From the NCBI GenBank assembly GCA_013360445.1, contig JABWBP010000003.1:2811-66810 (forward strand): a DNA stretch of 64,000 nt, written 5' to 3'. A model generated the notes under the pieces. It was given only the letters and a program-made list of their open reading frames with translations, was not told the DNA's origin and made no database searches. Position 1 is the stretch's first letter; every line of letters begins with the position of its first letter. Below are positions 21,500-33,400 of this stretch, piece after piece. Both the position numbers and the translations under genes were made by a program. This stretch comes from Calditrichaceae bacterium (lineage in GTDB: Bacteria > Calditrichota > Calditrichia > RBG-13-44-9 > J075).

Positions 21500-24400
21500 C
21501 TACTTAATATAAACCACTTTCGTCTGGAATGTAGCGCCGCCGCCGCTGCCATAGTTGACCTTCAGCACAGCTACATACACCCCGTTCACTACCCGCTCGC
21601 CCTGGGAATTCCTGCCGTCCCATTCCAGCGCCGAGGTATGCAGCCCCGCGGGCAGGCCGTTTACCGCGCTGCTCCAGACCAGCCGCCCGGTAAGGGTAAA
21701 GATGTGCAATTCCGCGTTCCCACTGTTTTCCATCAGGAAATTAAACCGGGTAACGCCCGGGGGCGCCCCGGGAAGCCGGGTTTCCATTCCGAAGGGATTG
21801 GGATAATTATGGAAAATTTGCTGCGGGTCCGAAGAAAGCAGCGTTACCCGGGGAGATTGAAGCTGGATTGCCGCCAGGGGAGCGCCTAAGGAATCCACCA
21901 CGTTCACCCTGCCCACAAACCCTCCGGAGGCGTCAACCTGCTTCAGTTGAATTCTGAAATTCCGGCTGATGGGCTGGTTGGCCATATCGATGCGAATCAC
22001 TAAGCTGTCGCTTTCTTCCGCCGCGAGGGTATCCACCGGGCTGAAATTGATCTTTACCGGGTTGGCGGTCTGCTCGGTGATCACCACCTCGCCTAAGCGA
22101 TCCGGGGGGCTGCCGGGTTTGCCCAATTGCTGGCGGTAGAAATCATAGCTGACTACTTCCACCCGGGAAATCAGGTTGTGCATATCTGCGACCGGGGTCC
22201 CGGTTTCCCCGTCCAACACCGCAATGTCAAAATTGTTGATAAAAATTGTTTCCACGGTGTTGGGATTGATGAACGCCGCACCTAACACCCCAATTTCCCG
22301 CTCTCCCTGGATGTAACTGTTATCGACTTCCACCACGTCATCCAGCGGCTTGATAGTGATCTGGCTGGAAACCATGTTGATGTCAAATACCAGGGTATTG
22401 ACGCCGGTGCTGGCCGGGGCTTGGGTGTTGACGTCTGACGGCAACTGGGTAGTGAAACCGAGGGTAAAGACGGTATTCACGTCGAAATTCGGGGCCAGCA
22501 GGGTCCACTGGAAGCTGGCGGTATTGGTCTGGTTGTCGATGACAAAATCCTTTTCTTCGGTTTCCCCACCGGCAAACTGGAATCCCACCTCGCCGATATT
22601 CAAACGCACCCTTCCGGTTCCCTGCACGTCCGCTTCGCCGGCGTTATTTACCGCCGCCTGCAGTACGAATTGCTCGCCCTTCAACACCCGTACGGAAACG
22701 GTCTGGCTGGCCAAATTCAACAGGGCTTTGCGCTGCACGCTCACCGGCAGTTCCACCGTATCCCGCACCACGGCGGCGTTGGGCGGGGGCGTATTGGCGT
22801 CGCGCCCGCTCACAATTACCGTCAGGACGCCCGGCAGGGTCGGTTGGGGAATATTCTGATTGGCGCGGATGGCCCAGTTCACCACCGCGTTCTGCCCGAA
22901 CTCTTTCAGGGAATCCGCGGGGTTGAGGAAGGAAAAGCCCTCCGGCAGCCGCAAGGTTCCGCTGCGCTCGATCACGTTCTCCGGGGCATCTACCTCCACT
23001 TCTAAAATTCCCACCTGCTCGGTGGACCAGACCGCCGGCGCGGCGTTGCGGATGATGGTAATCTCCGGTTTCTCGGCGATGAAGATCGCCGTAGAATCGC
23101 TGCCCACCTCCACGGCCGCGGGAAGCCCGGAATTAATATCCGGGGGCCGCGCGGTGATGGTTACTTTCACCAGCGAGGTATCCACCAGCGCGTTCAACTC
23201 GCGGTAGAGGCCGGAAAGTTCGTCTTCGACCCGGCGCAGCTCCGCGGGTTTTTCGATCCCGCGGAAAACCGCAGCGCCCCGGGCCGGGTTCCCGGCGCTC
23301 CCCTCCCCTTCCGCCGCGCCGGTCTGCTGCACCGCAACAATCAGGCGGGCTTTTTCCTGCTTCGCGCCGTGAATCCGGCGCAGCAGCGCCGCCGCCTGGC
23401 CGTTTTCCGCCGCCTGGATGGTCCAGCGCACCGGGGTATTCAGATCAAATTCTTTGACTAAACTATCAGGGTCGATCACCAGTTTTTGCCCCACCGAGAG
23501 GGTCAATTGCCCTTTCGGCGCCGCCGCAACCCCGGCCTGGCCGACGTTGGCGACTACCGCTTCATACACAAAGAATTGTCCCTGGCTGACGGTATTGTTC
23601 ACCGCGCCGCCGGCAACCCGCCCATCAACCGCCAAAGTGGCGCGCTTCTGAACGTACAGATAGAGGAACGCGGAATCTTCTAACGTCACCGTATTGCTGA
23701 CCTGGGAAGTCCCGCGAATTTTCACCTTCAACTCTTCCCAAATATTGGTCAGGGAATCGGGAACCTGGATGTTCCACTGCACCGGGGCTCCCGCGGCGGA
23801 AATGGGCGCAACCAGGGAATCCAGCGTGAAAATATCCGGCAGGTAGAGCGTGGCCACCCGGTTGATGAAATTGCCGCTGATTTGCGGCTCCACGGTCACC
23901 CGCACCTGTTGCAGGGTGGAGACCGTCAAACTGTCGGTTCCCGGGGCGTTGAGGTACGCAGCGGAGATGGCGAAAATCCCCACCTCCACGATGGTAAGGG
24001 TGTCGGTATCGCTGCCCTTTTCCAGGTGCACGCCCATGCCCGGGAAACCGTTTTCATCCCAGGAGAGGGTGCTGTCGATGGAAGCGGTGAGCAGGTAGGG
24101 GTTCCCGCTGCCGCTGGCCCCGGGTTTGGTGCGCATTTGCCAGGAAATCAAGGCCTGCTTGTTCACCAACTGCACGGTTTTAACGGTATCCGCGGGGTTC
24201 AGCAGCCGGAAGGCGGTGGTATCGAACGCCAGCTTTACGGTCACGTTGTTATTGGGCTGAATATCCGCTTTGCCGGTATTGCTGATCAATCCTTCCAGGG
24301 TAAAATCCTGATTCTGGGTGAGAGTATCCAAACCGGCGCTTAAGTTGTCGATGCGCAGGGAGGCGCGGGTTTCCACGGACAGGTTGAAGGAGGCCAGCGC

Positions 24401-27400
24401 CTGGCGGACGTGCGCGGGCTGGTTGGTATTCTCATCCCGCGCGGTAGAATCTAACCGGGCGAGAATCAAGGGCTGCTGCGCGGGTACGGTTTCCGGGGCG
24501 AAGATGCGGATGGTATCCGCCTCCGCAAACCCGGTCTTGATGCCGTAATTCAGCAAACTATCGCCCGCAGCCAGCCCCTCGATACGGAATCCCTGCGGCA
24601 CTTTGATGGCAATGTAATTGGAATCATCCGGCAGCACCGCCGCCTCGCCCTGCTTTTCCACCCAGATTTGCACGTCGAAGGGCTGGTAGGTGCTCACCGT
24701 TCCCAGGGTCGCCCCGGGCGGATCCACCACCGCGGCGCGCATCACCATCTCGGCGCGTTCCACCACGGTGACCTGCTGGGTTGCGGTATCGCTGAATTGC
24801 CGGGTGGAATCGCCGCCGTCTATGCCGCTGGCGCGCACTTGCAGATCAAAAGTCTCGCCTAAAATCCCTTCTCCCCCGCCGATGCGTAATCTTTCGCCCT
24901 GCTTTTTCTGCTGCCCACTGTTCTCGTTCACTGCTCCTTGAGCCGGGAGGGCGAAATCCCGATTTGTATCCAGGATGGATACGTTTTTATCGGGATGCCG
25001 CCTGCCCCCGCCCGTTTTCCCCAACATTTGCAGGATATTCTCCGCCACGCTAACCGGCCACTCCGCGGTAACCAGGTCCCCTTGCAGGGTTTGCTCGATG
25101 GAATCCGGATCGGTGGAGAATCCCGGGGGCAGAATTACCCGGGCGGTGCGGTTCCCGGCCCGAACGTTGCCGGAAAAAATGATGGTTGCGCTCAGGCGGA
25201 AATTCTGCCCGGTGGAAACCGTAGAGTCGATCCCGCCCGGCGGGGCAATAATGCTGATATCCGCCACTTCCACCTTCCCGCTCTCCACCACCCGCACCAA
25301 TAGGGCCAGGCTGTCGCTGGTCAAAATTACCGGCGCGGCGGTATTCAAATCCGGCGGGATGGCAGAATAAAACACCCGGATGGTGTCCGCAGGGCCGGCG
25401 GTGGTATCCGCGGAAGCCTGCACCTGCCAGCTACCGCTGAGAATTGCCGGCCCGATGGGCAGTTGGGCGTTGGGTGAAACCAGGGTGTAATCGGCCGGCA
25501 ATTGAATCCTTACCGAACCGTTGCCAAAGGGGCTTTGCCCGCTTCTGACAATATCGAAACTGACCGTAAATTCCTGCTCCTGGGAATAAACCTCCCCGCC
25601 GGGAAGCTGCGCCGCCAGGGCCAGCTGGGTAGGCGCTTGCACGGTTACGTCTTCGCGGTTATCCAGGGGCTCCCCGATAGCCACCGGGGTGTTAGAGGTA
25701 ACCGAAAATGCTTCTAAAATGACCATGCGGTAGCGCAGGGTCTGGCTGGCCCCCCCGGCGGTAAAGGGGAAGTCGCGGCGGAAACTGGCTCCGGGAGCCA
25801 GCACCGTATCGCTGATGGTCTGGGTGAACACCACGGTCTGGTTGGCGTCGTTGAAGAGGCGGATGGTCACGTTGGTGACGGAATCTTCGCCGCTGTTTTG
25901 CAGCACCAGCTTCAATGCATAGGGCTGGTTGAAGTTGACCGTGCCGTTGGCGGCGTTGGGCACATTCACCAACGCCAGGCTGTCCACGAACAGTTCCGAA
26001 GGGATGATCACCCGCACCGAATCATATACCGTGGAATCGGCGGCCAGGAGGATGACCCCGGGCTTGCGCACGTCGTTGTAGTTCACGCGCAAATGCGCCC
26101 GCACCAGCCCCGGGGGGTGAACCCCGGAAATGATGAAGTTGCGGGTGAGCACGGCCGCGCCGGAGGGGGGGAGGATAAACGGGAAATTCTGCGACTGGGT
26201 TTGCAGGCTCCAGAGCGCGCTGATGTCGTTGCCTAAGCTGTCGCGGAAAACGTCGATGGCGGCGTTGAGGTTGGCCGCGGACTGCCCGGAATTGCGCAGG
26301 AAATAGCGGATTTGCACGTTCTCCTGCCCGGCGATCACTGCATCCGGAACCACGGAAACGGAGTCCACTACCACGATAGCTTCCGGCAGCACGGTCAATT
26401 GGCCGGCAAAGGTGCTATCCAGCGCGGTCAGAGTATCCTGGTTGGGCAGGTCGCCGAAAACATGGAAAGCGACGTCGTAGAGGCCGGCCAGGAAATCGGC
26501 GCTGATGGAATCCGCCTGGAAAGCGATCTCGCTGGTATCCGGAACTTGCTGGAAGGGGGTTCCCCGGATTACGAAGCTGCCGTTCACCGGGGCGCGGTAA
26601 ATATGCTGAGGATCGCTGAATTGCAGGTAAGAACTATCCGCCCGCACAAAGAAATTGGCGCTGCCGGTGTTGATGAAGCTGGCCCGGAAAGCTGCCAACT
26701 GCCCGTTCACCACGGAATCGGGCATGAGACTGCCGACAACATACTCAATTTTAGCGCCGCTGCTGATGTTGAAGAAACCGGTTCGGGAAATCGGCCCTAA
26801 GGAGCCGTTGCCGAAGGTCAGTCGAACCGTTACCGCCACCTCCCCGGCGCGGGCGCTGGGGGGAACGGTGAATTTCCAGCGCAAGGTGTCCGCGGCGGGG
26901 GTAGTGCCCACCTGGGTAAGGGTATCGAGCCGGGTGGGCACGATGGGCAGCGTCTGGGGTACGTCGGTATAGACGAATTCCAACACCCCGGGATCGATGC
27001 TGACCGGCGCGGTATTGTTTTTCACCAGCGCATCCACTATCACCCCGGTGTCGCCCGCGACGGTTTCAAACGGGGTTACCCGCACCAGGATGATGGAGAC
27101 GTCTCCCCCGACGTTGATAAACGCCTGGGTATTGATGTCCTGCGAAAAAGCAAGCTGGTGGGGCGGCTGGTAAAAATTGCCCTGAACGCCCAGGATCAGG
27201 CGGAAATCGCCCGCCTCGGTCATCACCAGGTCCTCGAATGCCAGCACGCTGGTTTCCCCGGGCAGAATGTTCATGTCCGAAGAATCGGGCACAATGGCCT
27301 GGGAGGAAAAGTTGTTGGGATCGTTCGCTTTTTCCACCCGCAGGAAGGTAGCGGCGTTCAACTGCAAAGCGACGCCGCCGAGATTGGTAACTTGAATTTT

Positions 27401-30400
27401 GAAATCCGCGGTATCGCCGATATCGAAAGCCGGGGAGGAGATCAGGGCATCGAAACGAATATCCGGCTGTGCGGAGATCACAAAGCTGTCCAGGGAATCT
27501 CCCGCCGCGGAAACCGGCTTCCCGGAGCTGACTTCCACTCCCTGGGCGGTCGCCCCGGCGTAAATGGTGCTGTCCCCGTTGGGCAGGAAAATGTTGGCCG
27601 GAACGTCAATGCGGTAATTCACCTGGGTCTGCTGGCCGGGGTTGAGGATTACCGGGAGGGTGCCGGTCTGCAAACCGACCGGGAAATTGGGCGCATTGTG
27701 CAACACCAGGTTGACGGTGTTGAGCTGCGCGGCGCCGGCCCCGTTATTCTGCACCGTGATGCTCGCCGGCACCCCGTTCTGGCCCAGGAAGGCCGAATCC
27801 GGGGAAATCGCCAGCGCCGTAATCGCCAGGTTGCCGCGCGGGCGGATGATCAGGGTTCCCGCTAAGGATGTATCCGCAAACGCGGTAGAATCGGTCAAAT
27901 CTAACCCCGCGGCGGCAATGCGCACGTTCACCGGGCCGGGGCTGGCGCTGTCGGAGACGTTCAAAGTGAATTGCACCGGCACGGATTCACCGCCCGGCAC
28001 TACCGGCAGCACCGTGGGGTTGACCAGGGCGCCGGTAACCGTATCCCCGCCCACGCTGAAGAGCGCCTGCAGGCCGGTCACCCGCGCGGAAGAGGTGCTG
28101 TCATCCCCGTTAGTCGCCAACACGCTGGCCAGGATGCCGCCCTGCCCCTGGCTGGCGGTATCCGGCGCCAGGGTAACGGCGCTGAAGCTGAAATTGGCCG
28201 GTTTCAAAATATTCAGGGTTCCGGGAACTACCGCCCCGGTATCTGAAATCATTATCCCGAAGAGGAGGTCGGTGGCCTGGTAACTCGCGTCAATAGTAAC
28301 CGCTCCGGCCGGCATGGTATCCGCAACGGCCAGGCCGAACTGGAAATTGGCGGTATTCCCGGGGGCGATTTGCACCGGCAAGGGCGTTATGAGCGCAGCG
28401 CCAATTCCCGGGCGGGAGGGAATCAAAGCGACGGTATCGACCCGCACGGCAATATTGGACAAGTTTTTGATCCGCGCCGCCGCCTGCAAGCCGATCTGGC
28501 CCTGGTTGGCGTTGCCGGGCGTTACCTGCACGGATTGGATTTGCACCTGCGCCGCGGTTACCCCCTCGGTAATCTGCAAAGTATCGAGGTTCTCAATAGC
28601 GACGTCGGTGTAACGCTTTGCGGAGAAGGTGTCGCTGTGGCTGACGCTCAAATCCAGGAAATCGCTGCCGATGGCGGAATTGGGGCTGACGTCGATAGTA
28701 TAAATGAATTCCCGGGTCGAATCGCCCGCCAAAACCACCGGCAGGAGCGCCGGAGAGGTTAAAGTGATGGTGTGCGGATTATTGAACAGCACCGCGACGT
28801 CGCCGTTGTCAATCCTTGCGGGAGACTGGCCGTCGTTGCGCACCGTAAAGCGGAACTCCACCCCCGGCTGGCCGGGGCTGACAGTATCGGGGTTCAGGAA
28901 ATGGGCCTGGAGAGAGAGCCGGGCGCGGCTGAGCACTACAAAAGTATCGGAATCCGCCGGGGCGCGGTTGAAAATCTTCCCGGTGTTAACGTCGGTGTAG
29001 CTGTAACGCACCTTCACCTCTTCCACCCCCGGCGGGTAGTTGGGGCCGAGGGAGAAGATAAATTCCACCGGCGGGGTGGTATCGCCCGCGGCCAGGGTAA
29101 AGGTCGAACTGCTGTTCGGGGGAATATTATTGAGCACTGAGGTCGAAAGGGTCATTCCCTGGGGCAGCGCAAACCGCGCCGGGGCGTTCAGGGCGCCGCT
29201 GTTGGTAAGGCGCACCAGGGCGCGCAGGGAATCCTGGTTCTGCGCCGCGGTATCCGCCAACGCAATGATGCCGGCGACCACCACCTCGGGCGGGTTCTGC
29301 ACCAAAACGGAATCCGTTGCCGTTAGCGTCGTATCAAAGGTAATCCCGTTCTCCACGCCGAACAGGCGCATATTCACCGGGTAAGGGGCGGCCTGGGCGG
29401 GGGAAACAATCGAATCAGAGCGGAATTCCACCTCCACCGGGTTGATGACCCCGCCCGCGGGAACGGAGTAGCTCTGGCGCAGGTACACCGTGTCGGCTCC
29501 AAAGGCCAGGTAGGAGAAATTAGGATCCAGCAATACCGCAAAATTGCCGTTGTTGATCAGGCCGGCGGTGAAAACAACCGGCTCCGCGGTGGTAAGGGTA
29601 TCCGGCGTTAGCGACTGCACGGACAGATTGGCGCTGCTCCCCACGGAGAATACGAAATTGGTATCCGAGCTGGCGTTCACCGGATTGCCGGAGAAGGTGG
29701 TTCCCTGGAAATTCCCCGACACCGTGTAAGAGCCAGCGGCGGTTCCGGGAATGGTGGCCACGAATTCGAAATCATGGGTATTGATATTGGGCGGCAGCAC
29801 CGTGGGATTCCCCGGCGAAGGTACGATATTGGACTGCGGGATGGCGGTTCCCCCGGCAAAGTTCAAAAATACGCTGTCCACGTTCACGGTTACCGGGCCG
29901 AATTTATTGACCCGCATGGTGAGGGTGAGGGTATCTCCTAAGGTGACCTGGGTTTTGGAGCCTAATACCCGGGCGACCGAGAGGGTGAAGATCGACAGTG
30001 AATTGTTGGGAAGCACGATATTGCCGCCTAACAGGGCGTTTTCGCCGCTGCCGCGCAGGAACACCTCCGGGGCGTAGCTGACGCTGGCGAAATTGGTATC
30101 AACGATGGCGGGGATGAAATTTATTGTGGTGATCCCGGGCTGCAAGGTTAGCGGATTGTCTAACAAAGCGGAGAAAAGGGCGCTGCCGCTGCTGAAGGAG
30201 AAGCGGGTCGCCCCGGGGTTCAATTCCACCGGGTTGGGGGAAAGGTTTTCCAAATCTAAACTGAATGCTGCCGAAGCGCCCGGCGACACCGCCACGGGGT
30301 TCAAATTCCCGGCGTAGCGGATGTGGAAAATATGCAGGTCCAGGGTATCCACCCCGGCGATGAAGGCGCGGAAGAAAGTGGAATCATTGCCCGTGTCCGT

Positions 30401-33400
30401 AGTAACCACGTTGATCGCCCGGCCCTGGGCGTCGGTAGTTACCTGGGTGAATTCGAACTGGGTGTTGTTGAATCCCGGCAGGGCTGCGAAATCGACCACG
30501 GTATTGGGCGCCGGGTTTCCGAAGGCGTCGCGGGCGCGCAGGATTACGGTAATATTCTCTCCCCGCACGGCGGCGATGGAATCCCGGGGAATCTGGCGCA
30601 TGGAGATCAACTCCAGCAAGGTTGCCCCGGCGGGCAGGGCGGCGGCGTAGGCGGTATCACTGGCCAGCGCCGGAAACGCCAGGGTCGCTACCATTTTCTG
30701 AATCCCCGCCGGCGCTCCTAAGGTCCAGGCCGTGGCGGCCTGCCCGGAAGCGTTGGTCAGCCGGGAGGGCGGGTTTGCCGCGCCGTTCTGCGGCTGGGGA
30801 ATGAAATCGAGGGTAGAATCCGCAATCGGGTTATCATAAATATCTACCAATTGGAAACGCAGCGAATCGCCGAGAACCACCCCGGCGACGCCGGTCTGGT
30901 TGTTCCCCGCGACCAACAGGATGCGGTCCGGCGCCCGGTGCTCCGCAAAAGTGGTAAAATCCACCAAATTGGGATTGGTGGAAGCGGAAAATGCGCGAAC
31001 CACGTAAGTCCCCGCCTTCGTTCCCAGGTGAATTTGCGTTTGCACCCGTCCCTGGGCGTTGGTGGAGCCGTTGTTAACGGTCAAAAATTCGTTCGCTGCG
31101 CCGGAGGGTTTCTGCACGATGGCAAAGCTGATCGGGAAATTGGGTACCGGGTTGCCAAACGCATCCGTGACCACCACGCTGAGGTTCTGGGTTAACAGGC
31201 TGTCCACCAGACCGGTGGTATCGGCCGGCTGCTCCCGGGTGAGCACCAGCGCCGCGCCGGGAATGACCGTGGCGGTAAAGAAAACCGTATCCGGGTTGGT
31301 AGGCTGGCCGAGAATGGTGGCCGCCAGAGTATCCGGGGTGGCGGTATTGTGCACGGTCCAGCCGGTGCTGGCAACGCCGGAGGCGTCGGTTACATCCGTG
31401 GGATTGCTCACGCTGCCCCCGCTGAGGGGTACGAAAGTAACCGTGACGCCCTCCACCGGGTTTAAAAATTGATCCAGCACCTGCACTTCGATGGGCAGGG
31501 GCAGCAGGGAGTTTACCGGCGCGGTTTGCCCGTCCCCGGCAAATTTGATCAACGAATCCGGCGCCGCCGCCCGGATGGTCACCGGGTCGCTGACGCCGTT
31601 TTTGAGCGGATTGGCCTGGCTGCGCGCGGTGAGCCGGAAAACGCCGATCTTATCGCTGCTGGCGGTGAAGCCGGCTACCCCGGCGCTGAGGGTGGCGCTC
31701 AGGGGAGAGATGGAGACGTCCGGATTATCGCTAAAAAATTCCGCCACGGTGCTGTTATCGTTGCTCACCAGGTTGTCGTTGACATCGAAGCCCCGCACGG
31801 TTATGGAGATGTCGCTGCCGGCGGTGGTATCGAAAGTGGCGGGAGTGACCGTGAAATAGCTGAGCGGCCCCGGTACCGTGGTGACATCGAACTGCACGAA
31901 CACCCCGGGACTGCCGACCAGGGTGGCATTCGCCTCGTTCAAGCCGGCAGCCGGGCCGGTGGTAAACAGCGCCTGGGCGATACCCTGGCCATCGGATACC
32001 ACCGTCTGGCTGTTCAAGCCTGCGAAATTTCCGCCCCCGCTGACCACGTCGAAGCGGACCGATGCCCCGCTGACCGGGTTGGACTGGCTGTCGGTCACCC
32101 GCGCCCGCAGCAGCCGGTTGGAGCCCGCGGCAATGCCGGTAGTGTCGCCGCTGACTTTACTCACCATCGAAGGAAGGCCGGGATTGACGGTGATGATCCC
32201 GGTCTGGGCGGTCAGGGTGCTGTTATTAAAATTAGTCGCCCGGGCGGTAAAAGTCCCCGCTTTCGTTTCAACCACTACAAAATTAAAAAAGCTGTTATTG
32301 TTGAAGTATCCTTTCGGCGGATATACCGCGGTGGTGCTCCCGAATACCTCAATCGTGGCGCTGTCGTTATTTGCTACCGGGGCGCCGAATTGATTTAGCG
32401 CCGTCACGGTAAATTGGATGGAACCGCCCGCGGTAATCGTGGCGGTTTGCGGCGTTATGGTATAATTCGTGATCGGGCCGGCGGTCAAGGTAATCGCGGG
32501 GCTGTTTTGCGCCGCGGTAGAGAATCTCAGCCGGGGATAGAGACGGGATTCAAAAGTATATGGTCCCAGGGTCTGGTTGGGCACGCTGATGCGGAAACTG
32601 ACCGCAATGTTGCTCTTGACCGTATAGGGCGGCAGTTGGATATACAAACTATCGTTGCCGGAATTATAGAACCAGGTGGCGATAGTAGGCAGGGCGGTGT
32701 ATTCCGCAGCCGACGGCGGGGTGGCGCGCTGGATGAAGAAAAAGTTCGTCCCATCCACCGCGATGGAATCGACCACCGTAACCGGGCTGGAGAGCGGGTT
32801 GTGAATTCGCAGCACGTCCGCCTTGCCCATTTGCTGCAAAATGGTTGCCGCGGTGGTAATAGTATTGAGGTTGAAGCGGAATTTCTGCCCGTTGGTCCCC
32901 ACGGCTACCTGAGCCGGTTGCAAATTCGCTATCGCGCTGATATTGGCGGAAGGGAAAAAGAGGATCGCCCGCCCGTTGGCCAGGCTGGGATTATTAAAGG
33001 AATAAGTGTTGAAATCCAGCCCGAATTTGACCCCCACGGTGGCGCTGCCGCCCAATTCTCCATTGCTGCCGGTTCCCAGGCTCAAGTATTGCAGTTTGAT
33101 GAGGTTGGTAGTTTCGTACAGAATCACCTGGAAGGTGAGGGGAGAACTGCCCGCTTTCAGGGAGACGTTTTTATATTCGATGACCAATGCCCGGTAAGGG
33201 GCGACGCCGATCACTTTTTGGTACACCCGGGCGGTGCTTTCGCTCAGGATCAAATCATCCCAGAATACCGCAATCATGGAGTCCGGGGCGTTGCCGCCGG
33301 ATAAATTATCATTCGTAAAATAGGGATCGCTGGCCCCGTAATTCCGGAACGTCAAATATCCGTTGCTGCTGGCGTAAACGGTATTGAAGGGCTGGTCATA

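Noticed and set aside
21555-33304. Many + strand ORFs within the giant gene
   Set aside because: Shadow ORFs expected in GC-rich coding DNA; no recognisable motifs.
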